Positions 10,428 to 20,827 of a DNA stretch of 64,000 nucleotides are shown here, piece by piece. Position 1 is the stretch's first letter. The number at the start of each line of letters is the position of its first letter. The translations under genes and the position numbers were made by a program. The stretch is taken from assembly GCA_903867855.1 (NCBI GenBank), contig CAIPTA010000144.1:10284-74283 (forward strand), in the 5' to 3' direction. This stretch comes from Oligoflexia bacterium. Lineage in GTDB: Bacteria > Bdellovibrionota > UBA1018 > CAIPTA01. Under the pieces are notes generated by a model, which was not told where the DNA came from, searched no databases, and saw only the letters and a list, made by a program, of their open reading frames with translations.

Positions 10428-11473
10428 TGCTTGCCTCTTGCTTCTTTCGCTTCAGTGCGCGGAGCTACTTCCATGCCAAAGAGTTCTGCGCCGTGAAGGC
10501 CCGCACCTTGGCTAAATCGAAGCGCTCCGAGTGCCGCAATCATGGCGCCGTTATCCGTGCAAAATTCTGGAGCGGGCACATGGAGGCGACAAAATCCAGG
10601 GAGCGCCATTTTTAATTTCTCCCGAAGACGCGCACTGGAAGCCACGCCGCCAGCTACCACCAAATTTTTGTATTGCCCGTTTTTTGCCGCCATTACAGTT
10701 TTCTTCACGATCGCATCCACTATGGCTTCCTGGTAGGAGGCGCAAATATCGGGAAGAATTTCTGGAGTGGCCGGAGTTTTTTGCAGGAAATGCAGGAGAG
10801 AAGTTTTGAGTCCGGAGAAGCTAAAATCGGGAATGTCCTTTCCTGGCAAGGCACGAGGAAATTTATAGGCAGCCGGATTTCCTTGCAGGGCTAGTTTGGC
10901 AACGGCTGGTCCGCCTGGGTAAGGGAGTTGCAAGAGGCGAGCTCCTTTATCGAAGGCCTCTCCCGCGGCATCATCCCGGGTGTGGCCTTGGGGAGTGAAT
11001 CGCTGCCAAGCATCGCCGATTTCATAAAGCGAGGTGTGGCCGCCGGAAACGATGAGGCCAAGAGCAGGCAGGGGCAAATTTGGTTCGGTGAGGAGAATAG
11101 CCGCAAGGTGCGCTTCCAAATGATTGATCGGAATCACAGGCACACCTAACGCATAGGCCAATGTTTTGGCCGCATTCACGCCCACCATGAGCGATCCAAT
11201 CAGGCCAGGGCGATTCGTGACTGCGATTGCATGGATATCACCGTATTTGAGGCCGGCTTTGGAAAAACTGGCGCGCACCACAGGAAGCAAGCTTTCCAGG
11301 TGGCGACGGGAGGCTAATTCAGGCACCACGCCACCCCAGCGCTCGTGCACCTCCTCTTGCCGAGCAGTTACGTCGGATAAGAGCTCCAGGCGCAGCGGAT
11401 CAGCGTTCGCGCGAACGATGGCCGCGGAAGTTTCGTCGCAGCTGCTCTCGATGCCTAAGATGAATTTATCCAT
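10424..11473 (-). CDS. tsaD: tRNA N6-adenosine threonylcarbamoyltransferase
   Basis: ILGIESSCDETSAAIV, metal-binding HLEAHL, GGVASS. Start set at ATG 11473 (MDKFILGIE), not the longer ORF start 11524. Confidence 0.9.
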   Translation of the reverse strand: MDKFILGIESSCDETSAAIVRANADPLRLELLSDVTARQEEVHERWGGVVPELASRRHLESLLPVVRASFSKAGLKYGDIHAIAVTNRPGLIGSLMVGVNAAKTLAYALGVPVIPINHLEAHLAAILLTEPNLPLPALGLIVSGGHTSLYEIGDAWQRFTPQGHTRDDAAGEAFDKGARLLQLPYPGGPAVAKLALQGNPAAYKFPRALPGKDIPDFSFSGLKTSLLHFLQKTPATPEILPDICASYQEAIVDAIVKKTVMAAKNGQYKNLVVAGGVASSARLREKLKMALPGFCRLHVPAPEFCTDNGAMIAALGALRFSQGAGLHGAELFGMEVAPRTEAKEARGKQ

Positions 11474-11576
11474 GGATTTTGCTCTTCGGCTTTGTACTTC
11501 CAAAGCGGCTCTAGTCACAATCAAAAAGAGTTATCTTCGATTGAAATGCTGCCCTTTGCCGAGTATATTCAGCGCC

Positions 11577-12536
11577 ATGCCAGCCATCACACGCACCAAG
11601 CTTCAGATTTTCTCTGGAACCTCCACTCTGCCCCTGGCCCAAAAGATTGCAGAAAATCTCGGTGTCGATCTCGCGCAATCCGAAACTCGCCGCTTTAGCG
11701 ACCAAGAAATTTTCGTAGAAATCAAAGAAAGTATCCGCGGTGCGAATGTGTATGTGGTGCAAAGCACCTGCGCTCCGGTGAATGATAATCTGATGGAGCT
11801 ACTCGTGATGGTAGACGCTCTAAAGCGCGCCAGCGTGGGCTCGATCACTGCGGTGATGCCTTACTATGGCTATGCACGCCAAGATCGTAAAGTGGCTCCG
11901 CGCACTCCGATCACCGCGAAATTAGTAGCCGATTTGCTCACTGCCGCTGGTGTGGATCGTGTGGTTTCCATGGATCTTCACTCTGGTCAAATCCAAGGCT
12001 TTTTTAATATTCCCTTCGACAATCTTTTTGCCCGCCCCGTGCTGCTAAACTATGTGCGTGAAAATTTAGCAACTGGTGGCGATCTCGTGATTGTTTCTCC
12101 TGACGCTGGAGGCGTGGAGCGTGCTCGCGCCTACGCTAAAAAAGTGGATGCGAAAGTGGCCATGATCGACAAGCGTCGCACGGGACCAAACGTGGCCAAG
12201 GCCATGAATCTCGTGGGTGATGTGGCAGGAATGAAGGCACTCATTCTTGATGATATGGTTGATACCGCTGGCACACTTACGGAGGCCGCTGTCGCGCTTC
12301 TAAAGCACGGTGCTACGGAAGTATATGCCTGCGCTACTCACGCCGTGCTATCTGGCCCGGCCATTGCCCGCCTCAAAGATTCTCCGATTAAAAAATTAGT
12401 AACCACCGATACCATTCCGCTCACAAAAGATGCGCGGGAGTGCGGAAAAATTGAAGTGCTTTCTGTGGCAGGGCTTTTAGCGGAAGCCATTCGCCGAATT
12501 CACTACCACGATTCTGTTAGCTCGCTCTTCGACTAA
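11577..12536 (+). CDS. prs: Ribose-phosphate pyrophosphokinase
   Basis: Begins MPAITRTKLQIFSGTS. YARQDRK and PRPP loop LILDDMVDTAGT. The 5' part of ORF 11166-12536 is antisense to tsaD and was discarded. Confidence 0.9.
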   Translation: MPAITRTKLQIFSGTSTLPLAQKIAENLGVDLAQSETRRFSDQEIFVEIKESIRGANVYVVQSTCAPVNDNLMELLVMVDALKRASVGSITAVMPYYGYARQDRKVAPRTPITAKLVADLLTAAGVDRVVSMDLHSGQIQGFFNIPFDNLFARPVLLNYVRENLATGGDLVIVSPDAGGVERARAYAKKVDAKVAMIDKRRTGPNVAKAMNLVGDVAGMKALILDDMVDTAGTLTEAAVALLKHGATEVYACATHAVLSGPAIARLKDSPIKKLVTTDTIPLTKDARECGKIEVLSVAGLLAEAIRRIHYHDSVSSLFD

Positions 12537-12545
12537 GGGCCTGCG

Positions 12546-13109
12546 ATGAAGATTTTAGTTGGCCTCGGCAATCCCGGACGTGAACACCTGCTTAATCGTC
12601 ATAACTTAGGCTTCCTCGTTCTAGATGCTTGGGCAGCGAAGCACGGAGAGAGTTTTCGGAAGAAAGAATTTCGCGCAGAAATATTGCGAACCAAGATGGG
12701 CGCAGAAGATGTGCTGCTGTTGAAGCCGCAAACCTATATGAATCACTCTGGTGAGTCGATACACGAAGCGATGAGTTTTCATAAGGTAGCGATCGAAGAT
12801 GTGATTGTGGTGCATGATGAGCTGGATATTCCGCCGCAGAGTTTTCGTTTGAAGCGCGGTGGTGGTCACGGCGGGCACAATGGCCTCCGATCCATCCTGC
12901 CCATGGGAGATGCTTTTTTTCGTGTGCGCATGGGGATTGGGCGTCCACCCCATCCGGGCATGGAAGTGGCCGATTTTGTGTTAGGGAATTTAACGAAAGA
13001 CGATTTGGATTTTTGGCAAAAAGAAATGGATCGAGTTCACGAGGCGATCGAGCTTGCAATTAGTGGCAAGCCGGAAATCGCGATGAACCAGTTTAACCGA
13101 AAGGGATAG
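12546..13109 (+). CDS. pth: Peptidyl-tRNA hydrolase
   Basis: 187 aa. [14 protein letters not shown] (catalytic His), GHNGLRS. Confidence 0.9.
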   Translation: MKILVGLGNPGREHLLNRHNLGFLVLDAWAAKHGESFRKKEFRAEILRTKMGAEDVLLLKPQTYMNHSGESIHEAMSFHKVAIEDVIVVHDELDIPPQSFRLKRGGGHGGHNGLRSILPMGDAFFRVRMGIGRPPHPGMEVADFVLGNLTKDDLDFWQKEMDRVHEAIELAISGKPEIAMNQFNRKG

Positions 13110-13110
13110 T

Positions 13111-14211
13111 ATGGCTTTAAGTTGTGGAATTGTTGGTCTCCCGAATGTGGGTAAATCCACTTTATTTAATGCGCTCACGAATGCAAAAGTGGCCGCGGAA
13201 AACTTTCCCTTCTGCACTATCGATCCAAACGTGGGTGTGGTGAAGGTGCCCGATCCGCGCCTGCAAGAGATCACCAAGCGCATTAAGCCGCAGACGGTGA
13301 TTCCCGCCAACATGGAATTCGTGGATATCGCTGGTATCGTAAAGGGCGCCTCAAAGGGTGAAGGCCTTGGCAATAAATTCCTCGCCAATATTCGCGAAAC
13401 TTCCGCGATCATCCATGTGGTGCGCTGTTTCGTGGATGACAATGTGATTCACGTGAATGGCACCGTAGATCCCTTAAGCGATGTTTCCGTGATTGATATG
13501 GAGCTCATGCTCGCCGATCTAGATACTGTGCAGAAGCGTTATCCCTTCGTGGAGAAGGCGGCAGCTCGCGATCCGAAAGGCTTCGCGAAGCAGGCAGAAG
13601 CAATGAAAAAAGTGAAGGATGCGCTAGAGGCTGGCAAGCCTGTGCGGGCGCTCAACCTCACGGCGGAAGAACAAGTAGCTGTGCATGAGCTACATCTTCT
13701 TACGATCAAAAAAGTTTTATACGTGGGCAACGTAACGGAAGATGATGTGGCTGAGCCGATGAAAAATCCTCACTACGCAAAACTCTCCGACTATGCCGCA
13801 AAAGAAGGCAGCGGCGTGGTTTCCATCTGCGGAAAAATCGAAGCGGAATTAGTGGAACTCGATGGCGCCGACAAAATGGAAATGCTCGCCTCCCTCGGAC
13901 TTAAAGAGGATGGCCTTTCTCGTTTGATTCGTCAGGCATTCAAGCTCCTCGGCCTTTCTACTTACTTCACTGCTGGTGAAAAGGAAGTTCGTGCTTGGAC
14001 CATCCACCAAGGTTGGACAGCTCCGCAAGCCGCCGGCGTGATCCATACTGACTTTGAACGAGGCTTCATCAAAGCAGAAGTTTATCACTGTGAAGATCTC
14101 TTCCGCCTTAATTCGGAAGCAGAAATCAAGGCGAAGGGTTTGCTTCGTCTGGAAGGAAAAGAATATGTGGTGCGTGACGGCGACGTGATGCACTTCCGAT
14201 TCAATGTTTAG
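13111..14211 (+). CDS. ychF: Redox-regulated ribosome-binding ATPase YchF
   Basis: 366 aa. G1 motif [17 protein letters not shown]-terminal RAWTI ... GFIKAEV ... [11 protein letters not shown]. Confidence 0.9.
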   Translation: MALSCGIVGLPNVGKSTLFNALTNAKVAAENFPFCTIDPNVGVVKVPDPRLQEITKRIKPQTVIPANMEFVDIAGIVKGASKGEGLGNKFLANIRETSAIIHVVRCFVDDNVIHVNGTVDPLSDVSVIDMELMLADLDTVQKRYPFVEKAAARDPKGFAKQAEAMKKVKDALEAGKPVRALNLTAEEQVAVHELHLLTIKKVLYVGNVTEDDVAEPMKNPHYAKLSDYAAKEGSGVVSICGKIEAELVELDGADKMEMLASLGLKEDGLSRLIRQAFKLLGLSTYFTAGEKEVRAWTIHQGWTAPQAAGVIHTDFERGFIKAEVYHCEDLFRLNSEAEIKAKGLLRLEGKEYVVRDGDVMHFRFNV

Positions 14212-14213
14212 GA

Positions 14214-15182
14214 ATGGCCGCACGGAAAACAAATAGTCAGCAAGAGAGTTTCGATTTCGTCACAGCCCCTAAGCTAGGGCCTGATCCGAAGCCTCCTTTT
14301 GATTCCCGCGCCCTTTTTCGTCTCGCCGCTGAAGGCATTTTTCTTGGCACCTCCTCTTGGAAATACCGTGGCTGGGAAGGCATGATCTATCGCGGCGGCT
14401 ATGCGAGCGAGGCGCAATTTCAAAAGCAATCTCTTCGCGAATATACATCGCTGCTACCTTGTGTGGGCGTAGATTTCACTTTCTATACTTGGCCCATGCC
14501 CGACATGATGAGCTATCTCGTGGATGCCACGCCCGAGAATTTCCGCTGCTTTCCAAAAGTCACGAAACGCATCACCCTAGAAGAATTTCCCAATGTGGGG
14601 AGCTACGGTAAGTGGGCGGGTCAAAAAAATCCCGAGTTCTTAAACGTAGACGCCTTCCAAGAAAATTTCTTGAAGCCGATCAGTATCCTCGATTCTCGTC
14701 TCGGCGCGATTTTTTTCGAATTCACTCACCTTGAGGAGAAGCATCTCCCTCAGCTTGAAAAGTTTTTCTCCAGTATTCCTCGCACATTTCAATATGGAGT
14801 GGAGCTCAGGAGCCCAGCCCTCGTAAAGGCGAAATTCTATTCCATGCTCCAAAGCCTCGAAGTTGCCCCCATTTTCAATAGCTGGACGAAAATGCCCACG
14901 ATCGGTGAGCAGTTTAAATACTATCTGGCCGGAGGTGGGGAGAAGAGCCGTCTGCCCTTGGTGGCTCGAGGGCTTTTACGACCAGGCAGAAGCTATGAGG
15001 AGGCTGTGCGCCTATTCCAGCCTTACCAGCAGATTAAAGATGAATTCCCTGAATTCAGGGCGGACTTAGTGAAGTTGATGCGATTTGCTCGGGAATCAGA
15101 GCGCAAGGCCTATATCCTGATCAATAATCGTCTTGAAGGTTCGGCCCCCCATACGATTGGTGCCTTACTGAAAAGCTTGTAG
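14214..15182 (+). CDS. DUF72 (UPF0759) family protein
   Basis: 322 aa. GTSSWKYRGWEGMIY matches the DUF72 N-terminal GTSGW-x-Y-x-x-W pattern. Confidence 0.65.
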   Translation: MAARKTNSQQESFDFVTAPKLGPDPKPPFDSRALFRLAAEGIFLGTSSWKYRGWEGMIYRGGYASEAQFQKQSLREYTSLLPCVGVDFTFYTWPMPDMMSYLVDATPENFRCFPKVTKRITLEEFPNVGSYGKWAGQKNPEFLNVDAFQENFLKPISILDSRLGAIFFEFTHLEEKHLPQLEKFFSSIPRTFQYGVELRSPALVKAKFYSMLQSLEVAPIFNSWTKMPTIGEQFKYYLAGGGEKSRLPLVARGLLRPGRSYEEAVRLFQPYQQIKDEFPEFRADLVKLMRFARESERKAYILINNRLEGSAPHTIGALLKSL

Positions 15183-15212
15183 AAGAAGCGTTTTTCCATT
15201 AAACAATGGGGC

Positions 15213-15470
15213 ATGGATCTATTCCGACGTTTCCGAAATCCAGGGCTTCGCTCAGGACGCGCTTCCCGCGTGGTATTTTATTACCCCGGCGAGGAGCCTA
15301 CCTTCTTGGAAGACGCTCATGTGATTCTCTATAAAAGTGGAATCGTAGATGTGTATCATCGTGAACAGCAGGTGAGCACCCACGTGCAAAACGTGGAAAT
15401 TGTTTGGCATAGTCATCGTGATGCCAAATCACTTCGCCTCATCAAGAACGACGTTACACAGACCCACTAA
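15213..15470 (+). CDS. Small hypothetical protein (coding status uncertain)
   Basis: 85-aa ORF in an otherwise unassigned gap. No recognisable motif. Its 3' end overlaps the convergent thioesterase gene by 17 nt. Confidence 0.3.
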   Translation: MDLFRRFRNPGLRSGRASRVVFYYPGEEPTFLEDAHVILYKSGIVDVYHREQQVSTHVQNVEIVWHSHRDAKSLRLIKNDVTQTH

Positions 15471-15969
15471 GTTTATTCCATTGGCGTGGGCGACCATGAT
15501 CATCCACACTCACAAACACCGTTTCGCAGCGGCAGATCTCTGAGCTCGCTTTGATCTCATACTGATTGATGGGGTCTACTCGCGTTGGATCATCAGCAAA
15601 CGCACGGCGGGTAACAATCACTTCCAGTGTAATCGAGGTGTGGCCACGACGGGCAACTCGGCACCAAATCTCCAGCATATCGCCGAGCTTCGCTGGCTGA
15701 TTAAAAATTAATTCAGAAATTTTGAGTGTCACAATTCTTCGCGCGTTCATTTGGCAGCTCGCAAAAATGGCACTCGCTTCATCGATCCACGCCACTAACT
15801 GACCACCAAAAATTGTTCCGGCTGCATTCAGATCCGTATACATCACGATTCTGCGCGAAGAGCGCATATAGCCATGTTGTTCAGGATTGAACTCTACTGC
15901 TGCGGAGGCGGATTTTGGTTTGCTGACTTTTCCAGCTTTGCTGGTGTTGGGGGCGGATTTTTTTGCCAT
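15454..15969 (-). CDS. Acyl-CoA thioesterase (hotdog fold, YciA-like)
   Basis: 171 aa. TDLNAAGTIFGGQLVAWIDEA matches the YciA-type motif. The Lys/Ala/Ser-rich N-terminal tail overlaps the upstream gene by 76 nt, so the start is uncertain (alternative ATG 15867). Confidence 0.75.
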   Translation of the reverse strand: MAKKSAPNTSKAGKVSKPKSASAAVEFNPEQHGYMRSSRRIVMYTDLNAAGTIFGGQLVAWIDEASAIFASCQMNARRIVTLKISELIFNQPAKLGDMLEIWCRVARRGHTSITLEVIVTRRAFADDPTRVDPINQYEIKASSEICRCETVFVSVDDHGRPRQWNKLSGSV

Positions 15970-17717
15970 TGGAATGCGAGCTCCTGTATTGGGATAAGGC
16001 TACCATCTTTATTCAAGAGTTTATACCAAGTATAGTTGCGTAAAATAGCAGCCACATATTTTCTAGTTTCTTGGAAAGGGATGAAGTCAATGAAGGCGTC
16101 CACAGGAAAAGCCTCTTTGAATAATTCACTCGTCTCTAAACTTTTTTGCCAAGCGGCCGCTCGGGTTGGGCCCGCATTATAGGCAGCCAAGGCTAGGGCG
16201 ATATTCCCATTGAAACGGTCGAGGAGTTTTTTTAAATACTGCGCGCCTAATTCAGTATTGAGCTGAGGCTGAAAGAGATCGCGGCGCCTTGGCACTTCGC
16301 CGATAGAGCGAGCGGTGCTTGGGAGTAGCTGCATGAGCCCGTAGGCATCGGAGTGGGAAAGCGCATTGGGATCGAAAGCTGATTCTTGTTTCGTGAGTGA
16401 TTGAATTAGCAATGGGTTGATGCCCGTGAGCTCGCCCGCACTCTGGATTTGCTTCGGGAATGCATTTGGGAAAAGTAGACTTAAGCCATAGGGTGAAACA
16501 AGAGAGGGGTCTAAACTCATGGCAGCATAGGCTTCTGTGAAGCCAGCACCATAAAGCCCGGCCGATGCAAAGAAGCTTGCCATGGCGAGTGCACCACTGG
16601 CATTTGCTTGGCCAAGAATCGCACCCGTGGGGCGATAGGCAAATAGATTTTCTGCCTCAATACGCGCAAAATCGCTGAGCCCATTTTCTAGCAGCGCGCG
16701 CACTTTCCAAATACCCATTAATTGGCGGGGTAAAAGGGCGCCTTCTAGCTGTGCCCATGTTGGGGCTTTTTGACTTTTAATCAGCTCCAGCGGATTTCTG
16801 CCCAACGTCTCCGCACCCTGCAAACCGTAGTAGCTAAATGGATTGGAATCCCAAATTTCTTGATAGAGCTTATTGGCTTCTTCGAGCTTGCCCTTTTCTT
16901 TGAGAATTCGTGCTCGCCAAAAACGAGAACGGTCAAAACTATCACTTTGTGGAAAGCTAGCTTCCAGTTTTTCTAGAAGCGGTTCCGCCTCGCTCCATTT
17001 TTTGTGCAGGATGAGCGCCATTGCCTCATCGAAAAGATCCCCATCTGGGCTCACTGGTTTCACGCCAGCCTGGCCAGCCACTCCATGATATTTGGCCAAA
17101 TTCGTAAGAGCGCGGATCTCTTCACTGGAGAGATCTTGGGTGAGTTCCATTCGAAGGGCAGAATCAGAGGGTAGCGCTAGCAGGGCCTCTCCAAGGTAGG
17201 CATCATAAAGAATAGCATCTGGATCTAGAAGATCGAGCAGGGCAGCCACTGCGTCTTCATGCTCTTCCCAATCCTTCCAAGCGAGCAGCTCCAATCCGCG
17301 AATGAGCATTTTTTGAGCAATTTTTTTCTGACCCTTCTTCGCCGCCACTTCACCGAGCGCGAGGATCGTATCCGTGCGTAGGGGCTTCGCAAGTTCTGCC
17401 AAGGCCGAGTGCGGATGCTCGAGTAACAGGCGATCAAAGTTTTCTAGGCTTTTAGCAAAGAGTTTTTTGCTAGCCTGGCTTTGAGCCAGCGAGAACTCCG
17501 CAAAATCAGAAAACTCGCTCGTATCCGATAGTTTTTTCAAAGCTGCCTCATCGCGTTTTTGAAGCGCTTTGCTTAAGCTTTTCGCTTCCGGCAGCAAGGA
17601 TTTTGTGTAGATCGCGGGCGGCGGGCCTAAAAAGGGTCGTAATTCTGCAGGAAAACTGCTGGTAGCCGAAGCACAGAGCGCGAGACTGGAATGAATTAGC
17701 TGCAGTAGGGAAATCAT
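15894..17717 (-). CDS. Soluble lytic murein transglycosylase (Slt70-like)
   Basis: 607 aa. Long helical repeat N-domain, then SLT catalytic motif QESAFDPNALSHSDAYGLMQLLPSTA and AYNAGPTR. Confidence 0.85.
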   Translation of the reverse strand: MISLLQLIHSSLALCASATSSFPAELRPFLGPPPAIYTKSLLPEAKSLSKALQKRDEAALKKLSDTSEFSDFAEFSLAQSQASKKLFAKSLENFDRLLLEHPHSALAELAKPLRTDTILALGEVAAKKGQKKIAQKMLIRGLELLAWKDWEEHEDAVAALLDLLDPDAILYDAYLGEALLALPSDSALRMELTQDLSSEEIRALTNLAKYHGVAGQAGVKPVSPDGDLFDEAMALILHKKWSEAEPLLEKLEASFPQSDSFDRSRFWRARILKEKGKLEEANKLYQEIWDSNPFSYYGLQGAETLGRNPLELIKSQKAPTWAQLEGALLPRQLMGIWKVRALLENGLSDFARIEAENLFAYRPTGAILGQANASGALAMASFFASAGLYGAGFTEAYAAMSLDPSLVSPYGLSLLFPNAFPKQIQSAGELTGINPLLIQSLTKQESAFDPNALSHSDAYGLMQLLPSTARSIGEVPRRRDLFQPQLNTELGAQYLKKLLDRFNGNIALALAAYNAGPTRAAAWQKSLETSELFKEAFPVDAFIDFIPFQETRKYVAAILRNYTWYKLLNKDGSLIPIQELAFQWQKNPPPTPAKLEKSANQNPPPQQ

Positions 17718-17726
17718 GGGCCCAGC

Positions 17727-18344
17727 TTACGCTGAAGGAATATCACGGTTCAGCTCCTGAAGTGCATGGAGCACTTCTGTTACGAGAGCTTGATCCTCAC
17801 CGTGCAAAGAGTTTTGCAGACGCTCCAATTTTGGAATCACGGATTGCACTCTTTCAAAATCTTTCCGACGGCGCACAAAAATCGCATCCGTCATGGCGTT
17901 GAAGCCTTCTGCTAGTTCTTGAAAGTTATCTTTAGTGCGAAATTGAATATGACGATCCAGCACGCCCTGTTGCATGGCAATCATCGACATGCGGAGCTTA
18001 TATAAAGGGCCAGCGATACGATGAGAATGGAAGATCGCGAGAAAGAAGGCGCAGAGAATTACCACCACACTAAAGAGCAAAAGGAAAAGTAAGAAATCAG
18101 AGCGAGTTTGCGAAAGCGCTAAGCGAGCCGATGCGTTCTCGCGAAAGAGGGTGGTTTTTTCCAGGCTATCAAGAATCGTGAGCATGAAAATGGGAAAAAG
18201 TGAGGTGAACACAAGCACGGCGGTGGAAAAAAGGAGGGCGAAACGCCACTGAAAGGTTGGGTTAATTAGCCAATGCTTACGCAAGTTTTTCATGGAGACT
18301 CTATTCTCCTTGGAAAAGGGGCTCACTGTCAAACCGGAATCCAC
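17727..18344 (-). CDS. Two-TM membrane protein with HAMP-like linker
   Basis: 205 aa from GTG 18344, or 188 aa from ATG 18293. Two TM helices followed by RIAGPLYKLRMSMIAMQQG ... FQELAEGFNAM, which is HAMP-like. Confidence 0.5.
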   Translation of the reverse strand: MDSGLTVSPFSKENRVSMKNLRKHWLINPTFQWRFALLFSTAVLVFTSLFPIFMLTILDSLEKTTLFRENASARLALSQTRSDFLLFLLLFSVVVILCAFFLAIFHSHRIAGPLYKLRMSMIAMQQGVLDRHIQFRTKDNFQELAEGFNAMTDAIFVRRRKDFERVQSVIPKLERLQNSLHGEDQALVTEVLHALQELNRDIPSA

Positions 18345-19382
18345 TCAAGCGGGAAGCAGGTTATCCACAAATTCTTGCGGGTGGAAGGGCCGAAGATCAT
18401 CCGCACTTTCGCCGAGCCCGATAAACATAACAGGTAAGCCAAGTTCCACGCTCACAGCGAAAACAGCTCCACCGCGAGAGGAACCGTCCATCTTGGTAAG
18501 CACAATGCCCGTGGTGGGAATGGCGGCAGTGAACTCTCGTGCTTGCTGAATCGCGTTTTGACCTAAGGTTGCGTCGAGCACTAAGAGCACGCGATGCGGT
18601 GCGCCCGGAATTTTCTTTTCGATCACTCGCGCTACCTTTTTCAACTCTTCCATCAAATTATCTTTGGTGTGGAGGCGGCCGGCAGTATCGAGAATTACTT
18701 CATCCACTTCTCTGGCAAGTCCGGCTGCAACCACATCGAAAGCCACCGCGGCGGGGTTAGCCCCTTGCGCAGGGGCCACGCATTCCACATCCAGGCGCTT
18801 GGCCCATACCTGGAGCTGCTCCACGGCGGCTGCCCGGAAAGTATCTCCTGCCCCCAAAATCACTTTTTTGCCTTCACTTTTCGCGAGTGCGGCCAGCTTT
18901 CCCGCTGTAGTAGTTTTTCCTGCGCCATTCACGCCGATGAGCACCGTAACCATCGGTTTGGAATTCACTGGCTTAGGCAGGGGAATGGCGTTGAGCAGGG
19001 AGAGCATGCGTTCCCGAAGTTTTTGTTTTAGGAGTTCCGGCGACGGCATTTCTTGAAAATCTTTTTTCAGGTCGCTCAGGAAAAGTTCCGTCACTTTCGG
19101 GCCGAGATCCGCGGCTAGTAAACTCTCTTCCAAGCTTTCCCAAAGCGGGTGTTTCTCACTCCATTTTTCTTGGGAAGTGATACTAGCAAGCGACTCTTTT
19201 AGCCTACTCAGTAAGGGGCCGCGGCTTTTTTCCAGACCCTGTTCCCAGGGGTTTTTGGGCGAAATTGGCGAAAAAGTCTCATTTTTAATCGACTCTTTTG
19301 CTTTTTTTGGCCGCCTCAGAAGGATTATAGCAATAGTACAGGCTACCGCTATGAGACAAACTATTGATATTACTGGATTCAT
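18345..19382 (-). CDS. ftsY: Signal recognition particle receptor FtsY
   Basis: 345 aa. N-terminal TM anchor and NG-domain GTPase motifs GVNGAGKTTT, DTAGRLH, LTKMDGSSRGG. Confidence 0.9.
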   Translation of the reverse strand: MNPVISIVCLIAVACTIAIILLRRPKKAKESIKNETFSPISPKNPWEQGLEKSRGPLLSRLKESLASITSQEKWSEKHPLWESLEESLLAADLGPKVTELFLSDLKKDFQEMPSPELLKQKLRERMLSLLNAIPLPKPVNSKPMVTVLIGVNGAGKTTTAGKLAALAKSEGKKVILGAGDTFRAAAVEQLQVWAKRLDVECVAPAQGANPAAVAFDVVAAGLAREVDEVILDTAGRLHTKDNLMEELKKVARVIEKKIPGAPHRVLLVLDATLGQNAIQQAREFTAAIPTTGIVLTKMDGSSRGGAVFAVSVELGLPVMFIGLGESADDLRPFHPQEFVDNLLPA

Positions 19383-19452
19383 TCCTATTCCTGACCGTTA
19401 TGCCACGTGAATTGACTTTCCCACACGCTGACGATATCGATGGCTACGTATT

Positions 19453-20133
19453 ATGTTGCAGCGAATCATCAGAGCAATTCTCTTCAGTATTCCCTTGGCC
19501 GCTTTTATCGGATTGGCTTGCCAATCGGAAGAGCAGAGCTTGCTTCGTTTCTATTACGCCACGAATACGGATTACCAAAGTTATTTAGAAGATGTGCAAA
19601 GCTTCGGTCAAGCAACAATTCCTATTTCACATAGCCCCTGGAATTTGAAGGACCCTCAGCAAATTGCCCGTGTGCTTCGTATGCGTTTGGATCCTGCCCT
19701 TTGGAGCAACGATCAAGTGCGCCGTTTGGCGGAGCATGTGGTGCGTCTCAGCCATCGCTATCATTTTCCACCTGCCCTTATCCTTTCCATGATCGAGGTG
19801 GAGAGTCGTTTCGTGCCCACCGCGGTTTCAGGCCACGGGGCAGTGGGTTTGATGCAAGTTATGCCGTCCACTGGGGAGCGTTTGGCGGCTGAGCTTTCTA
19901 TGCCTTGGGACGCGAAAAAGAGTTTGCGTGATCCCCTCACTAATATAGAGCTTGGTTTACAATATATGGTTCAGCTGAGGGCGCGCTTTAAGCAACCTCG
20001 TCGCTACCTAACGGCTTATAATATTGGCCCTTCCGCACTTTTGCGCAAACTGAAGAGCGGCGAACCTTACTCTGAGCGTTACTACAATAAAGTGATGCGC
20101 TCCTATCACGAGTACGCTACAAGAGCTCTCTAA
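19453..20133 (+). CDS. Lytic transglycosylase domain lipoprotein
   Basis: 226 aa. Lipobox GLAC and SLT motif EVESRFVPTAVSGHGAVGLMQVMPSTG ... AYNIGP. Confidence 0.8.
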   Translation: MLQRIIRAILFSIPLAAFIGLACQSEEQSLLRFYYATNTDYQSYLEDVQSFGQATIPISHSPWNLKDPQQIARVLRMRLDPALWSNDQVRRLAEHVVRLSHRYHFPPALILSMIEVESRFVPTAVSGHGAVGLMQVMPSTGERLAAELSMPWDAKKSLRDPLTNIELGLQYMVQLRARFKQPRRYLTAYNIGPSALLRKLKSGEPYSERYYNKVMRSYHEYATRAL

Positions 20134-20134
20134 G

Positions 20135-20827
20135 ATGTATGTGATCCTTCTTTCCGGCGGACTCGATTCCGCCCTGAACCTTGCCATAGCCGCCAAAAAT
20201 AATCAGGCGAAGCTAGCTATTACTATCCAATATGGTCAACGTGCTGAAGCCGCAGAGCTCAATGCTGCTCGTAAACTTTCTGAGTTTTATGGAGTGGATT
20301 GGAAGAGTGTGGATTTGAGCTGGCTTGGCGAAATCAATACTACAAGCCTAACGCGAGCGAGCTCTAGTTTACCCACTCCGAAAGCAAACGAATTGGATAA
20401 TATGGAGATTGTGCGAGAGAGCGCGAAGGCTGTTTGGGTAGCAAACCGCAACGGTGTTTTCTTAAATGTGGCCGCTGCCTATGCAGAGGCGATGAAAGTG
20501 AAAACTGTGTTGGCCGGTTTCAATCGCGAAGAGGCGGCAACCTTTCCCGATAATTCCGTAGCCTTTCTTGATGCGCTTAATCATAGCTTTTCTTTCTCTA
20601 CCATGAATCAGGTAAGGGCCGATTGCTTCACAAAGGATTTAGACAAAACACAAATTATCGCGCAATCTCTTGAGCTAAATCTCCCGCTGCATTTAGTCTG
20701 GAGCTGCTATGAGGCGGGTCCGAAGCGATGCTGGCAGTGCGAGAGTTGTAAACGCACTGAACGAGCGTTACTAGCGGCCGGGCAAGAAGGCCAGGATTGG
20801 CTGCAGAGAATGGACTATAAAGTATGA
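20135..20827 (+). CDS. queC: 7-cyano-7-deazaguanine synthase
   Basis: 230 aa. PP-loop LLSGGLDS and C-terminal Zn cluster CWQCESCKRT. Confidence 0.85.
   Translation: MYVILLSGGLDSALNLAIAAKNNQAKLAITIQYGQRAEAAELNAARKLSEFYGVDWKSVDLSWLGEINTTSLTRASSSLPTPKANELDNMEIVRESAKAVWVANRNGVFLNVAAAYAEAMKVKTVLAGFNREEAATFPDNSVAFLDALNHSFSFSTMNQVRADCFTKDLDKTQIIAQSLELNLPLHLVWSCYEAGPKRCWQCESCKRTERALLAAGQEGQDWLQRMDYKV

Noticed and set aside
11166-11576. A 137-codon N-terminal extension of the prs ORF (ORF track 11166-12536).
   Set aside because: The extension is antisense to tsaD and has Arg/Ser/Ala-rich shadow-frame composition. The conserved Prs N-terminus begins at ATG 11577.
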